A DNA stretch of 64,000 nt from a virus. Lineage: Duplodnaviria > Caudoviricetes. Positions within the stretch are counted from its first letter, which is position 1. Each line of letters begins with the position of its first letter. Below, piece after piece: positions 20,977 to 31,939 of this stretch. A program made the position numbers and the translations under genes. Below the pieces are notes generated by a model that saw only the letters and a list, made by a program, of their open reading frames with translations, did no database searches and was not told the origin of the DNA. The stretch lies in the IMG/VR virus record IMGVR_UViG_3300047283_000054; one strand, given 5' to 3'.

Positions 20977-21684
20977 ATGAACGAATTATTATATACCTTA
21001 ATAGTTACACACATCACTATAGTATGTGTTACTCTATTCTTACATAGAGGTCAAGCACATAAAGCAATTGAATTTAATCCTATACTCAGTCACTTTATGC
21101 GATTCTGGTTGTGGTTGACAACCGGTATGGTTACTAAGCAATGGGTAGCAATACATCGCAAGCATCATAGATATAGTGACGTTGAGGGAGATCCACATAC
21201 ACCTCACGTTTTTGGAATATACAATGTATTGTTCAAAGGAGCATCACTATATCATACTGCGAGTAAAGATACTGGGATGGTTAAACAATATGGAGTTGGC
21301 ACACCTGATGATTGGATAGAACAGAATGTATACAGTAAACATAGTCGTTTAGGAATTGTTTTGTTATTGCTTGTAAATTTACTTTGTTTTTCTTATTGGG
21401 GACTGCTAGTCTGGGCTATACAAATGATATGGATTCCATTCTGGGCAGCCGGTGTAATCAACGGTATAGGACATTGGATAGGCTATCGCAATGGAGAGAC
21501 TAAAGACCATAGTCGTAATATCAGTCCTTGGGGTATTATTATTGGTGGTGAAGAACTACATAACAATCATCATTTAGAACCTGCAAACCCTAAGTTAAGT
21601 AGAAAATGGTTTGAGTTTGATATGGGCTATATGTGGTTATCAATCTTTAAATTTTTTAGACTAGCTAAAATACGTACTATATAA
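20977..21684 (+). CDS. Delta-9-type fatty acid desaturase (DesA/OLE1-like)
   Basis: His boxes HRGQAH, HRKHH, HNNHH; GGEELHNNHH resembles proteobacterial DesA. Start moved to the ATG 4 nt after TAAATA. Confidence 0.88.
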   Translation: MNELLYTLIVTHITIVCVTLFLHRGQAHKAIEFNPILSHFMRFWLWLTTGMVTKQWVAIHRKHHRYSDVEGDPHTPHVFGIYNVLFKGASLYHTASKDTGMVKQYGVGTPDDWIEQNVYSKHSRLGIVLLLLVNLLCFSYWGLLVWAIQMIWIPFWAAGVINGIGHWIGYRNGETKDHSRNISPWGIIIGGEELHNNHHLEPANPKLSRKWFEFDMGYMWLSIFKFFRLAKIRTI

Positions 21685-21688
21685 ACGT

Positions 21689-22057
21689 ATGATTGTACTT
21701 GCTCCAATATCAGTAGGTGAACTGATTGACAAAATTACCATACTGAAAATAAAATCAAATCTTATCAAGGATGCAGATAAGCTATTCAACATTGAAAAAG
21801 AGCTTCAATCATTAGAAGAACTAAAAGACAGTCTTAATATAGATGTTGATTCACTACAATCTAAACTTTATGGGGTCAACTTAGAGTTATGGCACATTGA
21901 GAACTATAAACGTGAATGTGAAAAGAATCAAAGTTTTGATGACAACTTCATTGAATCTGCCCGACAAGTTTATCTTAAAAACGATCTGCGTGCCAGTCTT
22001 AAAAAACAAATCAATGAACTTGTAGGTAGCACGATTGTTGAGGAAAAAAGCTATTAA
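21689..22057 (+). CDS. Conserved phage protein (DUF6165-like)
   Basis: PISVGELIDKITIL-x-IK...LW-x-IE...ARQVY-x-x-ND-x-R...EEKSY pattern. Confidence 0.65.
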   Translation: MIVLAPISVGELIDKITILKIKSNLIKDADKLFNIEKELQSLEELKDSLNIDVDSLQSKLYGVNLELWHIENYKRECEKNQSFDDNFIESARQVYLKNDLRASLKKQINELVGSTIVEEKSY

Positions 22058-22419
22058 AGAGTATAGTCTGTGTCGCTTGTAATATCCAAAATACTCTTGC
22101 GTTTTTCTTTTAGTTTTTTCTGATGTAATCTATTACAGTTGGCACACAATGTTTTTAGATTGCGTTTATCTTTATTCTTCTTGTTATCATCTTTATAGAT
22201 AATATCTAGTTGGCATTTATCTTCTGGTACAAAGCCACACTTCTCACACTTATCTTTCTTGTGTAGTAAGTAACCAAACTTACTATTATATGCACCCTTA
22301 GCACAATCAACACAATACTTGTGCCACTTAGTAAAGCCGTGCTTGCTCACACCATTTGGCTTTGCCAATGATACATTACAATGTTTACATAGTGGTCTGT
22401 TTGGCTGTCTTATAAGCAT
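22054..22419 (-). CDS. Zinc-binding HNH-like protein
   Basis: Several CxxC pairs and a degenerate HNH (D-x-N-x-x-N...NLKTLCANCN); the catalytic His appears replaced. Confidence 0.6.
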   Translation of the reverse strand: MLIRQPNRPLCKHCNVSLAKPNGVSKHGFTKWHKYCVDCAKGAYNSKFGYLLHKKDKCEKCGFVPEDKCQLDIIYKDDNKKNKDKRNLKTLCANCNRLHQKKLKEKRKSILDITSDTDYTL

Positions 22420-22516
22420 CAACTATTTAATAAAAAGCACACCTGGGTGTTTTTTTTCTATGGTATTCATTCAGATTTATTGATAAATAATATATCACAT
22501 AAATTTAGGATGAACA

Positions 22517-24577
22517 ATGGCATTTGAACCTTTTGGTTTAGTTGGTGGATTATCAGTAGGCATACCACCAATAGTAGTTATAGATGATAACGGCATAGCC
22601 ACCCTAAACGGTTTAACTGTCACCGGTATAACAAATTTAGGCCCAACTGGTAATATTATTATTACTGGTGGTGAGAACGGATACTTTTTACAAACAGATG
22701 GTGAAGGCAGATTAACTTGGGCACCAGGTGGCAATGGCGGTGGCGGTAACGGAATACCGGGTGGTTCTAATACACAGGTTCAATATAACAACGCTGGCAA
22801 CTTTGGTGGTGACGCTGGATTTACCTATGACAGTATAAACAATATTTTATCTGTATCCGGTAATATTGTATCTAATAATTTTATTGGTTCTGGTAACATT
22901 ACTATTGCTAGTGTAAATGCTAATGGTAATGTTACAGCAAATTACTTTATTGGTAATGGTAGTCAGTTAACTGGTGTATCAGCATCATCAGCAAACTTTG
23001 CAAACTATGCCGGTAATGTTACTGTAAGTAGTCAACCAAATATCACAAGTGTTGGTACATTAGTTAGCTTAAGTGTTGCAGGCAATGTTACAGCAGGTAA
23101 TGCTAATTTAGGAAACAGTGCTGTTGCAAACTTCTTTACTGGTAGATTTTATGGTAATGCTAATACAGCAGGGACAGTTACAACAAATGCTCAACCAAAC
23201 ATTACTTCGGTTGGCACACTATCTAATTTAAGTGTTGCTGGTAATATCACATCAGGTAATGCTAACTTAGGAAATATTGCTACAGCCAACTTCTATTTTG
23301 GTAATGGCGCATTCTTAACTGGTGTAGGCAATGCAAACTACAGCCCATTAGCTAATTTTGCTAACTATGCCGGTAATGTTACTGTAAGTAGTCAGCCAAA
23401 TATCACAAGTGTTGGCACACTGCTTAACGTAGATACTTCAGGTAATGTTACAGCAACAGCCAATATTATTGGTGCCAACGTTACTGCGAACCAATACTTT
23501 AATGCACTAAACGCAAACATAACCGGATCTACTAATTTATCAGGTATAGTTACTGTAACTAATACAGGTACTATTACTTCTCTTGGTAACGTAAACTTTA
23601 CGGCTGCACCAAATGTTACATTAGGTACTGTAGCTAATTTACATATCAGTGGTGGTGTTGCCGGATATTTCTTACGCACTGACGGTGCAGGAAATTTAAG
23701 TTGGAGTGCAGGTGGAGGTGGTGGCAACGGCACTCCAGGTGGTAATACAACTGAGATTCAATTTAATGATAATGGTGTATTTGGCGCAAGCGCAAACCTC
23801 ACGTTTAATCCATTCAGTTATGTATTAGCGGTACCTACTATTAACACAACCACTGTTTCAATAGCAAACACATTGACAGTTAATACTACTGCAAATTTAT
23901 ATACTACAAATATTAATGGTGTATTGACAGCAACAAGTAATATTAATGCAACAATGTCTCCAAATATAAATTTAGGTTCAGTATCTAATTTACATATTCA
24001 GGGTGGAACAAATGGTTATGTGTTATCAACCGATGGTGCAGGTAATTTAAGTTGGACAGCAGGTGGCGGAGGAGGCAATGGTACACCAGGCGGTTCTAAT
24101 ACACAAATACAATACAATGATCAGGGTGTGTTCAATGGTAGTTCTTTCTTCACATTTAATGAAAACACCAACAATGTTCAGGTCGCTGGTAATCTTATTG
24201 CAAACGCATTAACATTGGGATCAGGAATTTATGCTTTCTCTCGTTCTAATGTATTCTTTGCAATAACAAGTAGTAACGCAACACAAGAGTTGTATGCTAT
24301 TGAAGCAGATACAATAGCAGGTGCAGATTTTACAATCATTGCAACTGATACAACAGCAAACACACGACAGGTAAGTAAAATATCTTCAATCTTTTTAGGA
24401 GAGGCTTACCAATACAATGAATACAGCACATTAGCTGTTAACGGTGCTACAGGGTACTATTCGATGGCTTATTTGCCGGGTAATATTTCTGTCACACCAC
24501 AATTTGTTCTGTATGTCACACCGACAACGAACAATAATATCGTACACAAAATATCAATTCAATCGTATGATATTTGA
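22517..24577 (+). CDS. Asn/Gly/Thr-rich virion fibre protein
   Basis: Repeated PGGSNTQ-x-Q-x-N, L-x-TDG-x-G-x-L-x-W and QPNITSVGTL modules. Confidence 0.7.
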   Translation: MAFEPFGLVGGLSVGIPPIVVIDDNGIATLNGLTVTGITNLGPTGNIIITGGENGYFLQTDGEGRLTWAPGGNGGGGNGIPGGSNTQVQYNNAGNFGGDAGFTYDSINNILSVSGNIVSNNFIGSGNITIASVNANGNVTANYFIGNGSQLTGVSASSANFANYAGNVTVSSQPNITSVGTLVSLSVAGNVTAGNANLGNSAVANFFTGRFYGNANTAGTVTTNAQPNITSVGTLSNLSVAGNITSGNANLGNIATANFYFGNGAFLTGVGNANYSPLANFANYAGNVTVSSQPNITSVGTLLNVDTSGNVTATANIIGANVTANQYFNALNANITGSTNLSGIVTVTNTGTITSLGNVNFTAAPNVTLGTVANLHISGGVAGYFLRTDGAGNLSWSAGGGGGNGTPGGNTTEIQFNDNGVFGASANLTFNPFSYVLAVPTINTTTVSIANTLTVNTTANLYTTNINGVLTATSNINATMSPNINLGSVSNLHIQGGTNGYVLSTDGAGNLSWTAGGGGGNGTPGGSNTQIQYNDQGVFNGSSFFTFNENTNNVQVAGNLIANALTLGSGIYAFSRSNVFFAITSSNATQELYAIEADTIAGADFTIIATDTTANTRQVSKISSIFLGEAYQYNEYSTLAVNGATGYYSMAYLPGNISVTPQFVLYVTPTTNNNIVHKISIQSYDI

Positions 24578-24613
24578 CCCAAATGATAAATATAAGATAA
24601 CAAGGATAATAAC

Positions 24614-27160
24614 ATGGCACTACAACCATTTAATTCGGTAAGCGGTTTCTCAGTAGGCGAAACCCCAACCGTCATCATCAGTAATACCGGCAATGTTACA
24701 GGTAATACTGCTAATTTTTCCGGTAATCTTACTGCCCTAAATGCTAATTTAGGGAATCTTACTACTTCAAATAACTTTACTGGTAACTACATAAGTGGTA
24801 ACTCTAATATAATTATTGTAGCGAACGGTGCCATAGAAATATCGTCAACCGGTAACGCAAATGTACTGGTTGTAAGTGGTACGGGTGCAAATGTCACAGG
24901 AAATTTAAGTGTATCAGGTAATGCCAACGTTGGCAATATTGGTGCTACTGGTTTTTACGGTACCACTGGTAACTTAACTGGTAATTTAGTTGCAGGTAAT
25001 GTTGATGCTGGTAACTTACTAACAGTTAACTTTGCAAATATATCAAGTAATGCAAATATTGGAAATATTGGTACAGGAATAATTACTGCATCCGGCAATA
25101 TAACTGGTGCTAACTTATTCACAGGTGGTATTGTATCTGCTACAAGTAATGTTTCTGGTGGAAATATTACTACTGTAGGTGAAGTTAGTGCAACTGGTAA
25201 TGTTACTGGTAACTTCTTTATCGGTAACGGTAGTCAATTAACAGGCTTAAACACATCTGGTATTAGTAATGGTACTTCAAACATCAGTATCCCTGTAGTC
25301 GATGGTAATATTCTATTTGGTGTAGCTGGTCAAGCAAATGTATTTGTTATCGCTAACAATGGTGCAACAGTTGGTGGAAATCTTATTACTACGGGTAATG
25401 CTACAATTGAAGACGGTGTTATTGCAACAGCAAGTAATGCTAATTTAGTATTAGAGCCAAATGGTACTGGCGTGGTTATTATTGCAAATACATCAGGTGG
25501 CGCAACAGCTATTGAAATGGGTGATCCAACTCAAGGCAATTTAGTAAGTAACGCAGTAACACTAACAAACAGTTCATCGGTATCAAATGCTATTGCATTA
25601 TTGAATAATGTTTTAGGCAAATTAGTTCCTGCATCACCGACAAACTTCCCAGGTGGACAGACATTAAGTATTACTGATTTGTCAACATATCGTATGGCTA
25701 ACTATACACAAACTGATAATACATCAGGTGCAAACAAAGGTGTAGCTGGCGGAACAACGGTTTCAAGCGTACTAAGAGCAAGTGGTTATACAACATCAAA
25801 TATCAGTACAGTAGGCCCTGGAGATAGCGGAACAATTGCTACATACCTAAATGGTACACTTGCTGGATCAAGAACATTGACCGCAAATCTTGACGGTAAT
25901 GGAACTTATAGTAATTTGGTTATATTTAATAACTATGATTACAATGTTGCTAATGCAAATATTCAACCCGGCTTCTGGAGCGTATTCTCTGCAAGAGCAA
26001 GCGGTACAGTAACTCAAGGTTGGAATGAAGTTTATATTGGAGATAGTGCCGCAACAGATACTAACATTCCTTTCTGGTTCTATGACTCAAGTGCTCCAGG
26101 TACACCGCAGTTTAGCTCAACAAGCATTAATGCACCAGTAACTCCAAGCTATGTATATTCAAGTACAGTCCCTCACTATGATAACACAAATGCATTTAAT
26201 TTAGCATTTAACGTAAATCGTTTGTCAGGTAATATGTATCCAACAAGTGATACATTTATTACTGGAACTGCAGGCGGTGCATTTGGTACCCCAACAAGTC
26301 TTACATATACAACAGCAGGCGTTGGCACTCCTCTAGCACAGAATTTATATGTTTCGTCTGGTAGCTTAACAGCAAATACTAACTCAACAATTATTTCTGG
26401 ATTTGGCGCAAGTTCAAGTGGTCCATCATTAAGCGCACTTAACAGTTATGCTACTGGAACACAAGCATTTAGTCCTGGAGCAAATGTGTTGTACAAAACA
26501 GGTACAACAAGTAGTGCAACACGTATTGAAGAAGCAAACGTATTCATTGGTTCAACAATTGGTAGTGGTAGTGGATTAGCAGTTAGAATTGTAAATCCAG
26601 GATCAGGTAACACCCCAACATTCACTGGTAGTGAAGCAAACTTTAACAGTCAATCAAGTACATTAGAAGTATATGATGCAACAGTAGTTGCAAACATATT
26701 GAAACACGATCAGACTAATTACTCAACTGGTTATTTACCAGTTGGCCCTAACTTAAGTTCAGGACGTAGTAGCACGCAATACTTTACATTTAAAGTAGTT
26801 AGAACATCAGTTTCTAAATTTGACGTTAAATGGACTGGCACAGTAGCTGGTATGTGGGTAGCATTACCTGGAAGTATCATTGACTCAACATCCGGCGCTA
26901 ACGGCTGGATAGATATGAGTGTTGCATATGCAGGTTCAGGTGCCCCTGGTCAAAACATTGGTTCAGGTGGTAACGGATCTGACGGATGTGCATTAGGAGG
27001 AGTTGCCCCATTAAATTCTGCACAAACAAATAAATCGGTAACTGCTACTTTTGGTACTGTAAGTAGTTCAAGTACACCAGATAACGAAATCTATATAAGA
27101 ATAGCATTAACAAGCGGTCAATCGGTGACTGCATTATCATTACAAACTGCGAGTAACTAA
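24614..27160 (+). CDS. Virion fibre / structural protein
   Basis: Asn-rich repeats followed by a Ser/Thr-rich beta domain; late-promoter motif upstream. Confidence 0.65.
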   Translation: MALQPFNSVSGFSVGETPTVIISNTGNVTGNTANFSGNLTALNANLGNLTTSNNFTGNYISGNSNIIIVANGAIEISSTGNANVLVVSGTGANVTGNLSVSGNANVGNIGATGFYGTTGNLTGNLVAGNVDAGNLLTVNFANISSNANIGNIGTGIITASGNITGANLFTGGIVSATSNVSGGNITTVGEVSATGNVTGNFFIGNGSQLTGLNTSGISNGTSNISIPVVDGNILFGVAGQANVFVIANNGATVGGNLITTGNATIEDGVIATASNANLVLEPNGTGVVIIANTSGGATAIEMGDPTQGNLVSNAVTLTNSSSVSNAIALLNNVLGKLVPASPTNFPGGQTLSITDLSTYRMANYTQTDNTSGANKGVAGGTTVSSVLRASGYTTSNISTVGPGDSGTIATYLNGTLAGSRTLTANLDGNGTYSNLVIFNNYDYNVANANIQPGFWSVFSARASGTVTQGWNEVYIGDSAATDTNIPFWFYDSSAPGTPQFSSTSINAPVTPSYVYSSTVPHYDNTNAFNLAFNVNRLSGNMYPTSDTFITGTAGGAFGTPTSLTYTTAGVGTPLAQNLYVSSGSLTANTNSTIISGFGASSSGPSLSALNSYATGTQAFSPGANVLYKTGTTSSATRIEEANVFIGSTIGSGSGLAVRIVNPGSGNTPTFTGSEANFNSQSSTLEVYDATVVANILKHDQTNYSTGYLPVGPNLSSGRSSTQYFTFKVVRTSVSKFDVKWTGTVAGMWVALPGSIIDSTSGANGWIDMSVAYAGSGAPGQNIGSGGNGSDGCALGGVAPLNSAQTNKSVTATFGTVSSSSTPDNEIYIRIALTSGQSVTALSLQTASN

Positions 27161-27162
27161 TC

Positions 27163-30100
27163 ATGGCCGTATCACAAGCACAAATCGTTGACTTACTATA
27201 CAAACAAGCGTTTGGTGTCACTAAAACTGACACTGCACAAAATAAAAGTCCTAGTAACGAATCAATCCCTAGCCCCGCATTAAATCGTGGCGACACTGCC
27301 TGGACACAAGCAGATGCAATCCCCAATCCAGCAGCCGCAGTAGCTAATGTCGTTCAAGCATATGTTGGAGCAAATGCAGTAGAATGTATTGCAGATAATA
27401 CAACAGTTCCGATTGGTGGTATTTACCCAACTTGGGAAACACAATTAACTAACTGGATACCACAAGAATTTGGCGCAACATATGTAGTTCAAGTTTGGGT
27501 TGATAATAGCGGTGTTGCTAATCCAACAAGCACAGGTACACAAATCTTTGCTGACGGTTCAGGTGGCACTGGTCAATATTATTACAATTATGAATCTGGT
27601 GTATTAAACTTCATCGGCGAAACTATCCCTGCGGCATTGACTGCTGGTAAAGTTCTTTATATCGTTGGTTACAGATACATTGGTTTAACTGGTGTAACAA
27701 ATTTACCAAGCGGTACTGACATTGGAAACCTTCAAATCACTGGTTCTAATATTGCAGGTACCGACGCTAATGCAAATGTATACCTTAATCCAAACGGTTC
27801 TGGTCAAGTAGTTGTTAGTGGTAACATTACCGCAAGCTATCTTTTTGGTAATGGTAGTCAATTATCCGGTATCGACACATCAGGCGTAAGTAACGGTACA
27901 AGTAATTTAAGTATCCCTGTAGCAAATGGTAACGTTAATGTTACAGCCGATGGAAACACAGTTCTAGTAGTCACAACAAATGGCGCAAACGTAGTTGGAT
28001 ACTTAGATGTTAATGGTAACATCACTTCATTAAATGCTAACTTAGGCAATTTAGCAACGGCTAACTTTGTAAACGTATCAAGTAACGTTAATGTTACAGA
28101 TACGATGCAAGCCGGTAATGTTCGTACAGACAATTTATTATATGCTAACGGTAATCCTTGGGATCTACAAGAAGCTGCCGGTTCAAATACGCAAATTCAA
28201 TACAATGATGGTAGCAATAACTTTGGCGCAAGTGCAAACTTCACGTTTGATTATGCTACACAAACATTAAATGTAACTGGCACTGCAAATATCAGTGGTG
28301 ACTTAAACGGTAACGTTGGTAACTTCAGTGGTAACGTTTCTGCACTAAATGCTAATTTAGGTAATTTAGGAACTGCTAACTTTATCAGTGTATCAAGCAA
28401 TGTTACAACGAATAACCTAGCTGTTAATTTAGAAATTTCTGGTAATACAGCAAACTTTTCTGGTAATATCATTACACTAAATGCTAATTTAGGTAACTTA
28501 GTAACAGCAAACTATGCAAACTTTGGAATATTAGCCGCAAATACTGCAAATATTTCTGGTAATATTAATGCAAACTCAGCAAACATAACTGGTAACTTGT
28601 ATGCAGGTAATGCAAACATCACCCAGTTCTTAGAAACACAATACGCTAACGTTAGTGCAAACTTGATTACAGGTAATGCTAACTTAGGTAACTATGCAAT
28701 TGTTAATTTCTTAGAAGTTACTAGTAACTTACAATCTAACAACGCTAACGTTTTAGGAACAATTCTTGCAAACGTAGCAAATATTAACGGCACTATCACA
28801 TCTGGTAATGCTAATTTAGGTAACTTAATAACAGCCAACTTTGCTAATATTTCTGGTAACTTATTAGTTGCTAATGCTAACATCTCTGATGTTTTAACAG
28901 CAAATACTGCAAACATTGTTACATTATTAACAGCAAACACTGCTAACATAACAGCATTGTTGACAACAGCAAACGCCAATGTAACAGATACATTGATTGC
29001 AAACATTGCAAATATCTCTACACTAAATGCTAATTCATTCAGTGTGTCAGGTAATATTTCAGCTGGCAATGCTAATTTAGGTAACTTGGTTACAGCTAAT
29101 TACTTCACTGGTGTGTTGGTTAACGGAACATCTAATGTAACTGTTGCAAATAATGGTAACATTGATTTAACTGCAGGTGGTAACACTACATTAGTATTAA
29201 CACCAACTGGTGCTAACATTACAGGTTATGGTAACTTCAGTAGTAACTTAACAGCACTAAATGCTAACTTGGGTAACTTGGTAGAAGCTAATCACTTTAC
29301 TGCGTCTGGTAACGTAAGTGCAAATATTGTTAATGCTAATTACTTATATGGTATATTAGCAAACGGTACATCAAATATACAAATATTCTCAAATGCTAAT
29401 ATTGCGTTCAGTGCAAATGGTTTTGCTAATATTATCGTTGTATCTGAGCTTGGCGCAAACGTAACAGGTTATATTGATGCTAATGGTAATGTTAATGCAG
29501 GTGCATTGTACTCTACAACACTAACATCTAACTCTGGTGCGTTAGACATTTATTCAGAACAAGCTGGTAATACAAATATCAACTTACACGCTTTTGGTAA
29601 TGGTACAGTTGATGTAGGCAACGTAAGAATTACAAGTCTTGCAACACCAACAGGTGACTTTGATGCGGCAACAAAAGAATACGTTGATGCTGTAGCACAA
29701 GGATTAAACATCAAGGCTTCAGTATATGTAGGTACTACGGCAGCATTACCAGCATATACTTATAATAACGGTACAGCCGGCGTCGGCGCAACTATTACTG
29801 CAAGTGCAAACGGTGCATTAGTTCTTGACGGTGAAACAATATCAACTTTGGGAACACGTGTTCTTGTTAAGAATGAAACAGCCGGCAATGCACCTTATAA
29901 TGGTATATACACATTAACAACTGCAGGTGACGGAAGCACAGCATTCGTATTAACTCGTTCATTAGATATGAACGTAGCGGCAGAATTTGATGGATCATTT
30001 ACTTTCATTAGTACTGGTGCAACATTGGCTGATACAGGTTGGGTACAAACAGCACCTATTACAGTAGTTGGAACAACTCCTGTAGTATGGACACAGTTCT

Positions 30101-31920
30101 CAGGTGGTGGTCAATATCAAGCGGCAAACGGTATCGCATTAAATGGCACATTATTCACAGCAAACGTTGATGGTATCACTACTGAAATCAGTAGTGGTAA
30201 CATTGTCGTTAAAGCTAATGCACAGTTTACAACACCAAACATTGGTGCGGCAACAGGTACAAGTATTGATTTAACAGGTAATGTATTAGCCGCTAATGTT
30301 AATGCTAATGGTGAAGTTTTCTCTAACACATTATTAGTTACAAACCTAGCAAACGTAGGTTCATTATCTGTAATAGGTAATAGTACTACTAACAACTTAA
30401 GCGTTACTAATGAGTTTACTGCTAATGCAGGAAACGTTAGTGGTAACTTAGCAGTTGGTAACTTAACAGTTAATGGAAATTCTTCACTATCAGGTAACTT
30501 TACTGCTAATAATATTACTGCTAACTTTGAATTTAGTTCAAACACGGCAAACATAACAACTGGTTTAATTGCAGGTAACTTAACATCAAATGGATTAACA
30601 TCAACACGTGTTACATTTGCTGGTACAGGTGGTTTATTAACAGACAGTGCAAATCTTACATTTGTAACTGCATCTGATACACTATCAACTGTTAATGCTA
30701 ATTTAACTGGTAATGTTATTGCGGCAAATCTAACATCAAACGCATTAACAGCAACACATGTTACATACGCTGGTGCAAATGGCTTGTTAGCAGGTAATTC
30801 ACAGTTTACATACGCCGCAATAGGTGATTTATTAACTGTTGGTAACGCTAACGTTGGAGCAAACATAAATGCTGGAACATTGGTTAACTCTCCAAACGTT
30901 ACAGTAACATCATTGACTGCCGGACGAGTAACGTTCGCTGATACAAATGGTCTATTAGTTGACAGTGCTAACTTAACATTCGATTCATTCTGGAACAGAT
31001 TGGCAACTGGTGAGGGTAACTTCACTGCTAACTTAGTGGCAGCAAACTTAAGTTCTAACAACTTGTCAAATGGTCGTGTTACCTTCTCTAATACAGGTGG
31101 ACAACTGGTTGACGCATCAACATTTACATACGATGTAGTTGTAGATTTATTAGCTGTTGGTAACGCAAACATTGGTGCATTTGCAAATGTTACAGGTAAC
31201 TTAACTGCTGGCAATATAACAACAACTGGTACTGCAAACATTGGCACATTGTCAATGGTTGGCACAAGTAACTTAGGCCCAATTGGTAATGTTACAATTA
31301 CTGGTGGTTCTAATGGTCAAGTTATAACTACAAATGGTGCAGGTGGATTGTCATTCGTTTCAATCAGTACATCAAGTATCAGTAATGGTAATAGTAATGT
31401 AAGTATTCCAAATGCTAACGGTAACATTGAATTCTCAGTAGCCGGTAATGCTAACGTTGTTACATTCACTGGAACTGGTGCAAATATCAATGGATACTTA
31501 TCAGTATCAGGTAACACAACCGGCGCTAACTTAATAACTGCTGGTGTAGTTCAGTCTAATACTGCAAACATCTCTACTTTTGTAACATTGGGTAATACTA
31601 ACATTCAGTGGGGAACAGCAACAACAACTTCAATTACAGCAGACCAAGTAATTGCAAGTGTTGCAGTTTCTGGTATAACTGGTGTAGAGTTCTTAGTTAA
31701 AGGTGTAGATTCAACAGGTGGTAAATACTCTATTGCAACTGTACAAGCGGTTACAGATGGAACAACTGTTGCAGATTATGCAATATTTGGAACTGTTTTA
31801 GTTAATGGCGTATCAACCGGAATACTAAGTGTTGCATTGAGTGGCAGTAACATTGAATTGCAAGTAACCCCATCAAGTACTAATAGTACTGTTTGGACAA
31901 CACAGTTCAGAACAATTTAA
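27163..31920 (+). CDS. Long Asn-rich tail/head fibre protein
   Basis: 1585 aa; NANLGNL repeats; DAATKEYVD and RVLVKNE...NGIY fibre motifs. Confidence 0.7.
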   Translation: MAVSQAQIVDLLYKQAFGVTKTDTAQNKSPSNESIPSPALNRGDTAWTQADAIPNPAAAVANVVQAYVGANAVECIADNTTVPIGGIYPTWETQLTNWIPQEFGATYVVQVWVDNSGVANPTSTGTQIFADGSGGTGQYYYNYESGVLNFIGETIPAALTAGKVLYIVGYRYIGLTGVTNLPSGTDIGNLQITGSNIAGTDANANVYLNPNGSGQVVVSGNITASYLFGNGSQLSGIDTSGVSNGTSNLSIPVANGNVNVTADGNTVLVVTTNGANVVGYLDVNGNITSLNANLGNLATANFVNVSSNVNVTDTMQAGNVRTDNLLYANGNPWDLQEAAGSNTQIQYNDGSNNFGASANFTFDYATQTLNVTGTANISGDLNGNVGNFSGNVSALNANLGNLGTANFISVSSNVTTNNLAVNLEISGNTANFSGNIITLNANLGNLVTANYANFGILAANTANISGNINANSANITGNLYAGNANITQFLETQYANVSANLITGNANLGNYAIVNFLEVTSNLQSNNANVLGTILANVANINGTITSGNANLGNLITANFANISGNLLVANANISDVLTANTANIVTLLTANTANITALLTTANANVTDTLIANIANISTLNANSFSVSGNISAGNANLGNLVTANYFTGVLVNGTSNVTVANNGNIDLTAGGNTTLVLTPTGANITGYGNFSSNLTALNANLGNLVEANHFTASGNVSANIVNANYLYGILANGTSNIQIFSNANIAFSANGFANIIVVSELGANVTGYIDANGNVNAGALYSTTLTSNSGALDIYSEQAGNTNINLHAFGNGTVDVGNVRITSLATPTGDFDAATKEYVDAVAQGLNIKASVYVGTTAALPAYTYNNGTAGVGATITASANGALVLDGETISTLGTRVLVKNETAGNAPYNGIYTLTTAGDGSTAFVLTRSLDMNVAAEFDGSFTFISTGATLADTGWVQTAPITVVGTTPVVWTQFSGGGQYQAANGIALNGTLFTANVDGITTEISSGNIVVKANAQFTTPNIGAATGTSIDLTGNVLAANVNANGEVFSNTLLVTNLANVGSLSVIGNSTTNNLSVTNEFTANAGNVSGNLAVGNLTVNGNSSLSGNFTANNITANFEFSSNTANITTGLIAGNLTSNGLTSTRVTFAGTGGLLTDSANLTFVTASDTLSTVNANLTGNVIAANLTSNALTATHVTYAGANGLLAGNSQFTYAAIGDLLTVGNANVGANINAGTLVNSPNVTVTSLTAGRVTFADTNGLLVDSANLTFDSFWNRLATGEGNFTANLVAANLSSNNLSNGRVTFSNTGGQLVDASTFTYDVVVDLLAVGNANIGAFANVTGNLTAGNITTTGTANIGTLSMVGTSNLGPIGNVTITGGSNGQVITTNGAGGLSFVSISTSSISNGNSNVSIPNANGNIEFSVAGNANVVTFTGTGANINGYLSVSGNTTGANLITAGVVQSNTANISTFVTLGNTNIQWGTATTTSITADQVIASVAVSGITGVEFLVKGVDSTGGKYSIATVQAVTDGTTVADYAIFGTVLVNGVSTGILSVALSGSNIELQVTPSSTNSTVWTTQFRTI

Positions 31921-31939
31921 TAACTAGTAAAGAATAAAA

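Noticed and set aside
22997-23415. Near-identical repeat pair as a DGR template/variable region
   Set aside because: Both copies are in frame in one gene with synonymous differences, and there is no reverse transcriptase in the window.
30117-31265. 382-aa minus-strand ORF (also 33532-34497 and many shorter antisense ORFs)
   Set aside because: Shadows of repetitive fibre genes with biased codons; no SD or promoter, and no protein motifs.
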